From the NCBI RefSeq assembly GCF_006345805.1, contig NC_043002.1, forward strand, positions 59,210,001 through 59,274,000: a DNA stretch of 64,000 nt, in the 5' to 3' direction. The notes beneath the pieces are model-generated. The model was not told where the DNA came from, did no database searches, and saw only the letters and a program-made list of their open reading frames with translations. The stretch comes from Octopus sinensis (taxonomy: Eukaryota). Shown in pieces: positions 24,722-37,494 of this stretch (positions are counted from its first letter, which is position 1; each line of letters starts with the position of its first letter). The position numbers and the translations under genes were made by a program.

Positions 24722-25425
24722 AATAAATGCCCTGATGCCGTACCAGGCAGTGGCTCTCGTGGCTTCTGATTTTAACTGATTGGAAGTGTTATCATGTACA
24801 TTGTTTTGTCTTGGTATAAAAGATGGGCTACAGCATATATTCTGCTCAATACCACAGATTTGTTTATACCCTGATGCAGTACCAGGCAGTGGCTCTCGTG
24901 GCTTCTAATATTAACTGATTGGAAGTATTATCATGTACATTGTTTTGTCTTGGTATAAAAGATGGGCTACAGCAAATATTCTGCTCAATACCACAGATTT
25001 ACTTGTCAGTTGTTTGACCTTAATCAGTAGAGCATGTCCCTTAGTGGCTGACGATATGTGCATCTCTGATCACGTGTAGAAGTAGTGGGGGAACATCATA
25101 GCCATGTGTTGAGAGGAATTCTTAGGGGTTTGAATAATTCACCTCTGGAAACATGGGTGTTTCGTTCAACATCCTTAAACAACCCTTATTCAGAGACCTT
25201 TTGAGCGGGATATGTTACTCGACCAGAAGAAAATTCTAACTGGGCCCCACCTGCAAGGTCATGTGCTGTTTATCTTGATATGAGATCACCATGTCGCTCC
25301 CATATGGCTGTGATGTATATGCCTAGTGTACCTTTATCAGACGGATAGTCATGATGGGTATGCTGGGCTTCGTATAGTTGACCCCAGTGTCACTTTGATG
25401 GCATGCACTGTTCTCTCAATTAATT
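24722..25425 (+). mobile_element. Non-coding interspersed element bounded by TAA-like sequence, with an internal 139-bp tandem duplication
   Basis: 24730-24861 is repeated at 24869-25000. The 3' half recurs at 60000-60345. Confidence 0.75.
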
Positions 25426-25434
25426 ATGGTTTAG

Positions 25435-25620
25435 AATTTTGCCGCAAGGGCAGCAATTTTGGGGGAGGAAATGAGTCGATTACATCAGCCCCAGTGTTAC
25501 AACTGGTACTTATTTTAGGATGAAAGGCAAAATCGACCTCAGCGGAGTTTGAGCTCAGAATAAAAGGCTGACGAAACGCTGCTAAGCATTTTGTCAAACG
25601 TGCTAACGATTCTGCCAGAG
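25435..25620 (-). mobile_element. SINE family B
   Basis: ggatgaaaggcaaaatcgacctcagcggagtttgagctcagaa...gctaacgattctgccag. Confidence 0.75.
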
Positions 25621-25655
25621 GCCGCTGACTTGCTTAATAATTTCTTACCATAAAG

Positions 25656-25910
25656 CAGTGCTACTCAAAGTGGTGCACTGCGAGCCATCAGCTTGCTGCT
25701 TGTACGAAAAGAAAGAGATTTCATAAAATGCTTATGTAATTTTGTATTATTTGTTTACAAAATAAATTTAAGATACAAAAAATTGTCAACTTTTATAATA
25801 TTCATTATATATATCGCTTCCCGTTGAAATTAATATTACTAAGAAATATTACTGTTCCCTGGTACACTGGAAAAAAAAGTACGCTACATCAGATAGTTTG
25901 AGAAGCACTG
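25656..25910. mobile_element. hAT-superfamily MITE
   Basis: TIRs CAGTGCTACTCAAA and TTTGAGAAGCACTG; exact 8-bp TSD CCATAAAG at 25648-25655 and 25911-25918. Confidence 0.92.
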
Positions 25911-26594
25911 CCATAAAGGATTTGTGAATTATCTCCCCTTCATATCGTTTTCTCAAAAACAAAGACGTAACATAGTTTCCTTCTCATCTTACACAACATA
26001 AAACAATTTTGCTGAAATGGAATGCTTTTAAAAGAATCATTCTGTGTTATTTCTAATAATTCAATCATAAAATCCTTGACGTTTATCATATCCCAAAATA
26101 TTTTGTTATTCTTAGTCAATCGATTTTATATACACTTGCTTTCCTCTTCCTTATTGCAGTTTTGACAAAATGAGTTACCTCCCTTAATTAGATTCTCTGA
26201 ATTAAGACGAAATCATTTGAAATTTTCTGATATTTATTTTCTATAAACCGAAGACCAATACTAATAGTTTTTGTATAATGTATATTCTGTCTAATTGTCT
26301 AATTTCCACTTGTATTGACCTGATAATTCAACTTCTTCATATTCCATTCAACCCTAACTATGTGTGTGAGGAAATGGTTGACAGTGGCTTTGAAATTTAG
26401 GCTTCCTAGTCATCTTGGGCAACCATGCCAAAATTTCGAAATTATTGTTTACCGTTTCTCTATAAAAAAAAAATCCTCCCCTAAAAAGTTTTGTGTAATT
26501 GTTCAGGTTATTGGTAAATTGTTTTTATTATATAACTTGACAAAAAAATCAAAGATTAATGTATACGTATTACGTGTAATATATATATATATAT

Positions 26595-26973
26595 GGAAGT
26601 GCAATGGCCTGGTGTTTAGGGCAGCGGACTCGTGGTCATAGGATCGCAGTTTCGATTTCCAGACCGGGCATTGTGAGTGTTCATTGAGCGAAAACACCTA
26701 AAGCTCCACAAGGCTCCAGCAGGGGGTGGTACCGATCCCTGCTGTACTCTTTCACCACAACTTTCTCTCACTCTTTCTTCCTGTTTCTGTTTTACCTGTA
26801 TTTCAAAGGGACCAGCCTAGTCACACTTTGTGTCATGCTGAATCTCTGCGAGAACTACGTTAAGGGTACATGTCTGTGGAGTGCCCAGCCACTTGCACGT
26901 TAATTTCACAAGCAGGCTGTTCCATTAATCAGATCAACTGGAACCCTTGTTGTCATGACTGATGGAATGTCGC
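26595..26973 (+). mobile_element. tRNA-headed SINE, near full length
   Basis: Head tggcctggtgtttagggcagcggactc..gtttcgatttcc; conserved body gccacttgcacgttaatttcac. Confidence 0.8.
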
Positions 26974-27022
26974 GATATGTATGTATGTATGTATGTATGT
27001 ATATATATATATATATATATAT

Positions 27023-27362
27023 AGTGAAGGCGCATGGCTCAGTGTTTAGAGTGTTGAGCTTACAATTGTGAGGTTGTGAGTTCGAATCCTGGACCGAGCT
27101 ACATGTTGTGTTCTTGAGCAAGACACTTTATTTCACGTTGCTCCAGTTCACTCAGCTGTAGAAATGAGTTGTGACGTCACAGGTGCCAAGCTGTATCGGC
27201 CTTTTCTTTTCCCTTGGATAACACTGGTGGCGTGGAGAGGGGAGGCCGGAATGCATGGGCGACTGCTGGTTTTCCATGAGCAACCTTGCCCGGACTTGTG
27301 CCTGAGAGGGTAACTTTGTAGGTGCAAGCAATCCCATGGTCAGTCATGACCGAAGGGGGTCT
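27023..27362 (+). mobile_element. tRNA-headed SINE (gtgaaggcgcatggctcagtg head)
   Basis: A-box-like tggctcagtgtttagag, B-box gagttcgaatcc; body ends gaccgaagggggtct. Confidence 0.85.
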
Positions 27363-27504
27363 CAGCTCAGCATAGCAGATTGCTTTTAAATCATTTTAAA
27401 GCACACATTCATTCATTCATTATAATTAAAAATATAATAAAGGTACAGTATATCAGCAATGATAGCTATTCATAGACATTTTCTACTGTTTATTTTATTT
27501 CAAG

Positions 27505-27598
27505 GTTGATGACATCAGCCAGAACAAGACAGAAGATGCCTCCACAGTACAGCCAGCTTGGCGGCAAAAACTTGCCAATAAAAACAAGAGCTCCCAGA
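27505..27598 (+). CDS. Exon F, same gene
   Basis: ttatttcaag|GTT (phase 0); VDDISQNKTEDASTVQPAWRQKLANKNKSSQ; donor A|gtaagc (phase 1). Confidence 0.88.
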
Positions 27599-27809
27599 GT
27601 AAGCTGTCATATCTTCTCTTTCATTTGAAATAGTCACATGCTCATAGATATTCCATGTTGCATATGTATACACACTTACACATACATACATACATACATA
27701 CATGCATGCACAGACATATTTGTATGTATATGTATCTCTCTGTTTGTCTATTCACATATATATACACATATGCATATATATGCACACATTATATATATAT
27801 ATATATATA

Positions 27810-27987
27810 TTTCTTTACTGCCCACAAGGGGCTAAACATAGAGGGGACAAACAAGGACAGACAAAGGGATTAAGTCGAATACATCGACCCCAGTGCGTAA
27901 CTGGTACTTTATTTATCGACCCCGAAAGGATGAAAGGCAAAGTTGACCTTGGCGGAATTTGAACTCAGAACGTAACGGCAGACGAAA
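27810..27987 (-). mobile_element. Headless SINE family B unit
   Basis: Same sequence, and same truncation point, as the units of the 41981-42684 array. Confidence 0.8.
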
Positions 27988-27989
27988 AT

Positions 27990-28027
<38 letters not shown>

Positions 28028-28795
28028 CGTTTTGAAAATTAAACAGAAGGATGATAAAAGAACAATTGAAAAATTCACACTAAAGAAATGGACATGCTCT
28101 TTCCTTTTCCATTATTGTCTCAAAATTATTACAATTTCATGTGTGTTTGTTTGTGTTTCCTTTTATGTTTTGGTTAAATTCTTGGGGCATTTATGTATGC
28201 ATGTTGTATTGGGGGTGGGGTGTAAAGAAGTCTGTTGGGTGGTTCCTGCTGTGCCAGGGCATGTGTGTTTGTTTATGGGTGTGTTAGTGTATGTTCTGGT
28301 CAAACTCTGCCAGACTCCCAGGTATTGGTGGAGGATTGAAGTTGTGGTACCGGCGATTATAGTCATGATGATGCATGCAGGTATGATAGGATGTACTTCC
28401 TTTCATGTGGGCAAGGATTAAAAATTTCGCTTTTGTTATTCAGGTAAATACCTGGGTGCTTGGATATATCTGTTATGTATTTGTTTCAAGGCTGTCACTG
28501 TGTTGTAATGCTCCAATCAATTAATCACTTATTAGTATTGTAACCCCATTGTAATCGTAAATAAAGGTTAAAAATTCAAACTCAGTCTAAAGCAACGTGA
28601 AGATCTGATGAGAGAGCCATTCAATTGATATTTAGTGTAGAAATTCAATAAGAAATTCAAATAGACTGAAAACTCTAAGTCATTAGACCAAATAGTTTCT
28701 TAATAATGGCATTTCTGTATTAATTAATTTATTTATTTATTCATTTATTTATTTACTAATTCATTTATATTTTTATTTGTTTATTTCTTGCTCAG

Positions 28796-28876
28796 ATGTT
28801 GAGCAATCAGATAAGAAAGTGTCTGAGAAACCTGAGTGGATAAGAAAAGCTGAAGAGAGAAGAGCTCGTGTATCAC
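28796..28876 (+). CDS. Exon G, same gene
   Basis: ttcttgctcag|AT; NVEQSDKKVSEKPEWIRKAEERRARVS; donor C|gtaagt (phase 1 to 1). Confidence 0.88.
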
Positions 28877-30014
28877 GTAAGTTGAAAAAAAAAAACTACC
28901 CTTAATATTCTTGAGAAATCATTAATCAAGAAATGTCTTGAAATACTGTATTAATTGTGGATGTGTGGTTGAGAAGCTGGCTTCCCAAACATGTAGTCTT
29001 AGGGTCAGTCACACTGTATGGTGCATTAGGCAAAGATCTTCTATTTTGTAAATGGATTTGGTAAACAGAAACTGAAAGAAGCCCATAAGATCATCATCAT
29101 TGTCATTTACTGTCCATTTTCCATGCTGATATGGATGTGTGTGTACTCTTCTGTTGACATCATGTGATGGTTGTAAATGAGCATCACTGTCATACAAGCA
29201 ATGTTGTTCATTTCTTTCTCCCATTGAAAACATGTCTAGCCATAGGGAAATGTTGCCTTGCTTGGAAACAGCCAAGGATTGGTGATAGGAAGAACATCCA
29301 CTTATAGAAATTCTGTCTCAACAAATTCATCTGACCCATGCAAATATGGAAAAGTGGGATTGTGATGATGATGATAATGATATACCCTCCTGTGTTACCA
29401 CTAATCACCTCCTTCTTCTTGAGCCATTTCTTTTACCTTCTTCCTCACCATACTGATATTTGCCATTGACCACACCTCCACCCTTGTACATCATTCACTA
29501 CATTTACCTCTACATCAATCTCTAATCACCTGTCTCTCTCCTCTTACACTCCCATGAACTAAACAACCTACTCCATCCTCATCCGCCGTCTCTATTACAA
29601 TCACCTTGTACTTTGGGTGCATGCTTTGGCACCCTGGCATTCATCATCTCCCTTCCTCTTACTCCCAACCACTCTTATATAATGCAAGGAAGCCATGTCT
29701 CTTCTATTGCAAAAAACCTGTACCTGTGCCACTATCACGTTTTAACCTCTCAACAACTGGCATAAAGCCACTTGGAAGTTGCTGCAGTTGTTTCTTGTTG
29801 TTGTTCTCCATCATCACCATGATGCCAATGTTATGAAGAAAGCACTCAGTACACACTGCAGAGGTTAGCATTAGGAAGGACATCTGACTGTAGAAACCAC
29901 ACTGAAGCAGACACTGGAGCATGATTCAGTCCTTTGTCTTATTGGACCCTGTTGACCAGTCCAACCCTCCACCAGTATTGAGGAGAGATGTTAGAGGATG
30001 ATGATGGTTGCATA

Positions 30015-30173
30015 CAGGCATGACTGTGGGGCAAGAAGTTTGCTTCTTGACCACGAGGTTACCAAGTGTGGTCCTTCTGTGTGGCACCTTGAGCTGGAGC
30101 ATTTTACTATAGCTCTGGACCACCTAAAGCCCTGTGAGTCAATCTGGTAGATGGAAACTAAAAGAAGCATGTC

Positions 30174-30214
<41 letters not shown>

Positions 30215-30250
30215 ACAGACTTCTCAGCATGGTCACAGTCTCCAGTGACT
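30015..30250 (+). mobile_element. SINE family A, degenerate
   Basis: caggcatgactgtggggcaagaagtttgc...ggtagatggaaactaaaagaagc. Another partial copy is at 28965-29090. Confidence 0.65.
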
Positions 30251-30256
30251 GAAAAT

Positions 30257-30289
<33 letters not shown>

Positions 30290-30631
30290 CATATGCATAC
30301 ATATACACATGTGCATACACACACGTATATGTATGCATACACACATACACATACTGAAACAAGTAAAAGATATATCTATATGAAGAAGAATAGACTTTTA
30401 CAGTTTAATACATACTACAAATGTATCGGTAGCATGGCAACTTATTTGCACTTAATGTATTACATCATTATTATTTTTTATGCTAAATTGCCTGCAATCA
30501 TCATCATCTAGATTATTTTAACATTCACTTTTTCAACTCCTGTCCAAAATTCTTGTCATCCTTGTTCTTTCTAAAAATAATTCTTATTACAGTTTAATAT
30601 TATTCATGCTAATTTCATTTATATTTTACAG

Positions 30632-30654
30632 AAAGCAGTTTGTTGAAGAACTGA
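30632..30654 (+). CDS. Probable terminal coding exon H (..QSSLLKN*); exact ending uncertain
   Basis: Acceptor atattttacag|AA. The phase-1 join gives CAA AGC AGT TTG TTG AAG AAC TGA, followed by SINE-free AT-rich sequence. Confidence 0.55.
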
Positions 30655-33350
30655 CAGCAAGATTCCTTCATCCCAGATAAGAAAGAAGTTTGAAAAATGA
30701 CTGAGAACATCTTTGGCAACCAAAGCAAAAGAAAAAACTACACCCAATGCATGTGCAAAGATGGTTACAACTGTAAAAGCCCTTCTTTGAAAAATAACCT
30801 TCGTAATTCTATTTTTCAAACTCTGCTCACTCCAGATTTTTTTATTTATTTTCCCAAAATTGGGAATTAATTAAAAAAAATTACTTTGTTCAATACTGAA
30901 TATTCCTATTAGTCATTGAATTAAAAAAAAAAAAATTGCATATATACATATACATATATATATATATATATGTATATATGTACTGAAATTTAACTGGTGT
31001 GAAAAACAACTAAATAAAAAGATTAAAATGTTTTTTAAAGAAATATTTGCAAAAACAAAAGGAAAAAAAATACTAAAGATTTTGGTATGTTAGTTCCAAG
31101 ACCAACTTTGGAACAAAAGAAAAAAAAAACAAAACAAATTTCTTCCAAATAAAAACGCTTGGAAGAGATCTTTCAGACTGATATTTTTATGTTCTAAGCA
31201 CACCTTTACCTTCTTCTTTTCCTCCTCCTCCTCCAACCATGACCACCACTAAAAAAAATAAGGTGCAATGGACTAAGTATAAACTTTAAAATATGAAAAA
31301 AAGGAAAAGAAAATGTGCAACTTAAAGTGAAAAAGTGGTTCCTCTATCACCTTGTTTGTCTCCTTGCCTGTCTGTCTGTCTGTCTCTCTTTTTTTCTGTC
31401 TCACTTTATATCTCTATATCTATTTCTCTTTCACTATACACTAACAGACATACATCACACACACACACACACATCACACCCACATACACATCAATGTATT
31501 TGTAAGGAACAAGACACATCAGGACTCCAGCTGCTGGCAGCACTCAGGCTATGCATTAGGAATGAAACGCAACATTTGTAGACAGAAATTGCTATGCAAA
31601 GCAAAGAGGAAGAGACGTGCATGCACACATGCACATATGTGTATGCATATGTATGTATATGTGTGTATATACACGTCTACATAAACATATTATAAATGAA
31701 TGTATACACACACATATATATGTATGTACGTACATGTCAGATGTGAGTGTATCTTTTATCTACTTACACACACATGCATATTAGAGTATATCTATCCATG
31801 TATGTGTGTATATCTGTATATGAACATAAATGTTTGTATAAATATATTTATATTTACATATACATTCATAGTGAAACAAATAAATAAATACATCAATTCA
31901 TTTATCAAAATTCCTGATGTGAAATCGTATGTTGAAACAGATATTGTTGTATTTTGAGATGGTCGTTTTTATTTATTATCATTATTATTATTTTTTTTAT
32001 TTTTTGCCAAATAAACACTTTAATTTTAATGACTGTCCCTTCTCTGGAAATCTTTCATCACACATCTGTCACCTCTTCAGCGACACTTTTTGCTTCCATG
32101 TATGTTTTTGTCACATACATTGAGAGCGGAGTAAGTGGAGCAAGAACACACACAGAAATGTTGTTGCTGAGGAGGTCACAGATGTGTGACGAAAGATTTC
32201 CGGAAAATGGTCTGGCGCTAAAATAATAAACTAAGAACAGTAATAAACGAGTGAAGAAGAAGAAAAAAATAGTGCATGTGTTTATTTGACAAAGAAAACA
32301 AACAAACAAATAAAATAACCACCCTGATATACAACAACAATAAATAAGTATATATATATATATATATATGTAATTATATATGAGTATATAATTGTGTATA
32401 AGTTAGCAATATAATTATATTTGCCTCTTTTTTTTATTTAGTATTTTTTATTTTCTATTTTCTGTACAAACGTAACTTTTGTTTTATTCACATCTTTCAT
32501 TGCATCAGAATCGGTAAGAGTGGGAATCTGAGCAGCTGAAAATCTTGAGCTTTTGGGAATTTTAAGCTTTCGGGAAGTTTGCACTCGCAGTAAAACTTCA
32601 TTATATAGATTATATAGAAGTGTATTTAGATTGATTCATTGAAAATAGTTTTGCTTTGTTTTGCACACACACACACACTTGAGTCTTAATATGTTTGTGC
32701 GTTTATATATATATGTGTGTGTTTGTGGAATCATATATCTGTATACCTATATACATATATATTGATATACAGCTACATATGTATATTTATGTATTCGTGT
32801 GTATGTGTGTGTGTGTGGTGTGGTGTGTGTATGTATGTATGTATGTATGTATATATATATATCGATGATGTATGTATGTGTATTTGACTAAATTTATATA
32901 TATGTTGGTGTGGGTGATATATATATATATATATATATAATATATATATGTACATGGTATGCATGTTATGATGCCTAAGAATTTCTCTGTAATATTTACT
33001 TCCCAAGTTGGCCAATAAATTTTAGAAAACTGAAACAGGTCTTAAACCAAATCTGTTTCTGACGGAACAAACTTGGAAATTGCAAACTTGAATTGAATAT
33101 TTGAGATAAATTTAATAAAGTAGCATTTTTCGATTTAAATTTCAATTTTATTTAATTTATGATGTAAATTCAAGTTTCAATTTCAATATCTTTTGTGGTT
33201 TAATTGTTTAAATTCTCTTGTTTTATTGTTATTCTTGAAAATATATTATTGATTTTATGAATGTATGATTTCTGTTGGAAACAGTTTAAAAAGGAAAACA
33301 ACACATATTTGTAATGCAGTAAGAGACATGCTTTTATAAGAATCGTGAAT
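30655..33350 (+). other. Probable long 3' UTR of the gene (end undefined)
   Basis: About 2.7 kb without recognisable SINEs in an otherwise SINE-dense window; U/A-rich tracts and several AATAAA hexamers (e.g. near 32009, 32338, 33015, 33113). Confidence 0.4.
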
Positions 33351-33491
33351 TGCTGCTCGTCACGTGATGTGTGAGTGTGTGTGTGTGTGTGTTGTGTGTG
33401 TATGTGTGTGTGTGTGTAAGTACATGAATTCAAAATGTGTATCTTTATTTATATATATGTATGCATGTGTGTGTGTGTGTGTGTATGTATG

Positions 33492-33523
<32 letters not shown>

Positions 33524-33584
33524 ATATGTGTGTGTGTGTGTATGTATGTATATGTGTATGCATATATATATATGTATTAGGCCT

Positions 33585-33738
33585 GATGAAGCCTTCCGGC
33601 TTCACAGACCCCAGTTGAACCGTCCAACCCATGCTAGCATGGAAAACGGACGCTAAACGATGATGATGATGATGATGATGATTTATGTATAAATGGATGT
33701 GTATGTATGTGTATATATGTGTATGTGTGTGTGTATAT

Positions 33739-33794
<56 letters not shown>

Positions 33795-34498
33795 ATGTAT
33801 GTATTTATGTATATATACAAATTAAGATTCATTTGAATTAGGTCCTTAAATTGTGGCACCTTACTAGTTCGGTATATTTCACACACCTGAACAAAATAAT
33901 TTGAATATTGAATATCAAGACTCCATGTAGGGGTTTTTGTACCTAATATTCCTATTGTGTGTACAGACAATGCTAACCCAGTTAAGTGAAGATATCCACT
34001 CTTGATAAATCCTTTATATTTGATGCCTATACGGTCATCTGACGAGAGTGGTTTCTTTCAAATCGATGTTATCCTCTCATTGATCAATTAAATGGTGCCA
34101 CTTGAAACACCTGTAATGAATTAATACCTGTTACATCCTTGTTACTTCTATTTGTTTGTTTGCATGTATGTATGTTATGAAGTGTTGTTTACGAAGTCAT
34201 GTAAAGGAAAAGGTTCAAGAACTTCCAATATGTCATATTTGAGGACAAGTTAACAACCAATGTGTATGTATGTATTGTACACATGTGTGCGAGTGTTTGT
34301 TTGTGTGTGTGTACATAGTTTCCACTTGTGATTTTGTATGGAGTTATCTTGATTGTGCTGACTTCTCTGAATGGTTAAATAATAATGAAACCGGTATCAC
34401 TGTATCACCTTTGCAATCCGTTTTGCCTTAACATTACATAATAAAGATTTTTGAAACTAACTTCTCTTTGTTGCTGCATGTTGAATTTGTCAATTGTT

Positions 34499-34531
<33 letters not shown>

Positions 34532-35074
34532 CAGACACATAGAGACGCACACATATACAGGCTTGTATGCAATTTTAAAAATCATGAATAAATCATTGTT
34601 TTTTTATATTATATTATAATCTTTTATTTTCTTTTTCTTTGAAATTTTTTTTCTTGTTTCAGTCATTAGATGGTAGCCTAGTGCTTATTCTATTGGGCAT
34701 GCTTGCTGAACTGCTAAGTTACAAGGTTGTAAATAAACTAACTCCAGTTGTCATGAGGTGGGGAGTTGAACACAAATAAACTCATGCACACACATAATAT
34801 GTACACATATACACACACATCATCATTCTCATCCTCATTATCATCATCATTTGATGTTTCCCATGCTGGCATGGGTTGGACCGTTTGACAGGAATTGGCC
34901 ACAGTCCATTTGTCTATTTTGGCATAGTTTCTACTGCTGGATACCCTTTCTAATGCCAACCACTTTAAAGAATGTGTTGGGGGCTTTTACATTGCATCAG
35001 CATGAGTGCATCTCTCTCTCCCCCCCTCTCTCTCTCTAGATAGATATGTAGAAGGTTAAAAAGGAACACACGAG

Positions 35075-35117
<43 letters not shown>

Positions 35118-35885
35118 AAAAAAAGTCAAGGTAGAAAATGCTAAAATAATTTTATAAAAAATATTTCAGTACCAGTTCTAGTCATTGAGACTTTTTCAAC
35201 TTTATGGAAAACGATTAAATTTTGGAAAAATTAAATGGAAAGTTTTTTAAAAGAATATTTGTATAGTATTCAAATACAAGGGGCATTTCCCTTGTTTCTG
35301 CTTTCCATACTTACAGTTTAAAAAGTCTCAATGACCAAAACCGGTACTGAAATGTTTTTTATAAAATCATTTTAGCATTTTCTACCCAGACTTTCTTTTT
35401 CACATATATATATATATGATGGTGTTCTTTGAGTTTCTGCATATGAAATCCATTATCATGGTTTAGGTCAACCCAGGGTTATACTAGAAGACACATGCTC
35501 AAGGTACCATGCTATGGGACTGAACCTGAAATTACATGATTGCAAAGCACACTTAACCACACAGCCATGCCAGTGCTGATATATAAGGGGCATGTAAAAA
35601 TCACCATTTGAGTGTAGTCAATGCTAGTGCTGCCTGATTGGCTCTCGTACTGGTGGCACATAAAAATCACCATTCAAATGTGGTCGATGCCAGTACCATC
35701 TGACTGGCCCTCATGCTGGTAGCACGTAAAAAGCACCCATTATACTCTCGGAGTGGTTGGCGTTAGGAAGGGCATCCAGCTGTAGAAACTTCGCCAGATC
35801 AAATTGGAACCCGGTGCAGCCTACTGGCTTGCCAGTCCTCAGCCACACCATCTAGCCTGTGCCTGCATGGAAAACGGACATTAAA
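33585..35885. mobile_element. Cluster of LINE-C tails (33585-33680 +, 34820-35000 -, 35590-35885 +) and SINE A (35420-35572 -)
   Basis: Shared blocks ccgtccaacccatgctagcatggaaa, gttaggaagggcatccagctgtagaaac and ggactgaacctgaa. Confidence 0.7.
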
Positions 35886-35908
35886 AAATTATATATATAT
35901 ACACACCC

Positions 35909-37016
35909 ACTAGCAAACGCACCCGTCCTTTGGACGATTTAAGTTGCAGTTGCTTTGGTGGTATTTTTTCACCAAATAATTGAATTTCTACCAAGAAGGT
36001 TCATGAGTAGCATGGCAGTCTATGTTTCCGGTTAACCTAGGAACGGAAAATCAAATTGAAGGTTGGTTATTGTGGAGGTCATTGCACTTTAATGGTCATA
36101 GAACATATAAGTTTGCAAGCGATGAAAAGTAGAGCTACTGAAGTGTTTTGGGAGTAGGTTGTGGATAATGACTACAAAATATAGTTCTTTTACATGAAAG
36201 CAAAATTCTTTGTCAGAAACAGCCACTTAAATGGTGTAAGGAACTTGAAGGAATACCTTGAAACCTCCCCTTTGCGAGTTAATTTTATTCAACAGCAAAG
36301 GGAACTGTTGGAGAGATAATCTAACAAAGGCCCCTTTATTCTGTCTTCCCATATAACCTGTGCATAAACTAACAGCAAATGGTGCATAAAGGTCCATTAG
36401 TATGGAGCCTTCTGAAAGATTCGTATAGTTTTCACTAGTGGAAGCAAAACTCTTATTCAAAGGTTGATTGTTTGGGACGAATAATATGAGAATGTTTAAA
36501 AAAGGCTAGAACGACAATGCTAAAATGTATTTGAAACAATGGACAACAGTCAAAATATAATGGATGGGTAAATAAGCTTCCTTAAAATGAAACAACGCAT
36601 TGGTAGGTTAACTAAGGTATCAACAAATAGAAGAGAGGGCAGGGAACATCACCTTTCAGGTAACTCAGAATAGGAAAAGGTAAGCTTGCCAAAGTTTAAT
36701 GCAATTTAAATATAGAGATTAAGATTGTTTGGTGTTGGATATTCATTGTGTAGTGTTCCTAGTTAATTTAATCACCGTGACAGGTGGACAAATAGACAAA
36801 ATCCTTTCTCTTTTATAAAAAAGTATGGAAGACTCTAGATACAAAAAAAAATATGTCCATTTAGGTCTCTTTACCCGGGAGTTCTGGGCAAAATGTTTAG
36901 TACATGATCAACCTTAGGACATAAGTAACGTGTGTGTAAAGTTTTGTGAAAATCGGTTGAGAAATGTGGGAAAAGCATGAGGCATTATACACACATACAC
37001 ACTGTGATTTATATAT
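35909..37016 (-). mobile_element. Helentron/DINE-1-like non-autonomous rolling-circle element
   Basis: One end ACTAG plus hairpin CGTCC-ttt-GGACG (35924-35936); the other end gtgaaaatcggttgag..tttatatat. Mirror image of the termini at 45237-46018 and 55541-56688. Confidence 0.6.
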
Positions 37017-37494
37017 CCTATATATATATATGTATATACACACACAAACACAATAGGCCTCCACACAGTTTCATATTCACGCATGACATTGGCTGACCTG
37101 CGGCTATAGCAGAAGACATATATCCATTGTGTTTGTTTAATCCTTCAGACCAATTATACATATAAATAAAAGACTTTTGAAAAATATAGTCCTTGGCACA
37201 TTATGTTGTTTCTTAAGACTGTTCCCTCAGCGCCACCTATGTGAACTTTTACATTATGTTGAGAATCCAATGCTTGATTTTCAAAATAATCATGGAATTT
37301 CCAGGATTACCCCACTCCAATGAATAACTTGGTTCTATTTTCGTATCCAGCATTATATTTTGATTTCAAAATTTAGCACAAGGCCAGCAATTTTTGGGGA
37401 GGAGTTAAGTGTATGTTATTCTGTATTTTAGAGATGAGGAATTATGTACATTATTTTCATTGGATGGATATGTGTCCTCATCTTGTTTGTTGTT

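Noticed and set aside
27023-27100. SINE heads as functional tRNA genes (also 26595, 54390)
   Set aside because: No closed acceptor stem; they continue into SINE bodies.
30641-30646. TGT-TGA as a Cys-Sec selenoprotein motif
   Set aside because: No redox-domain context, and I could not identify a SECIS element downstream.
33585-33612. CTGATGAAGCC-ttcc-GGCTTCACAG as a hammerhead
   Set aside because: No GAAA follows; it aligns with the LINE-C tail (gagcctggtgcagcc..ggctt).
34030-34075. CTGACGA..AAATCGATG hammerhead-like relic
   Set aside because: Canonical heptamer and an ATCGAT palindrome, but G12 is missing, the triplet is AUG and stem I does not pair. At most a dead relic.
37225-37245. CAGCGCCACCTATG CTCF-like site
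   Set aside because: Partial match to a short motif, expected by chance in 64 kb; needs ChIP data.
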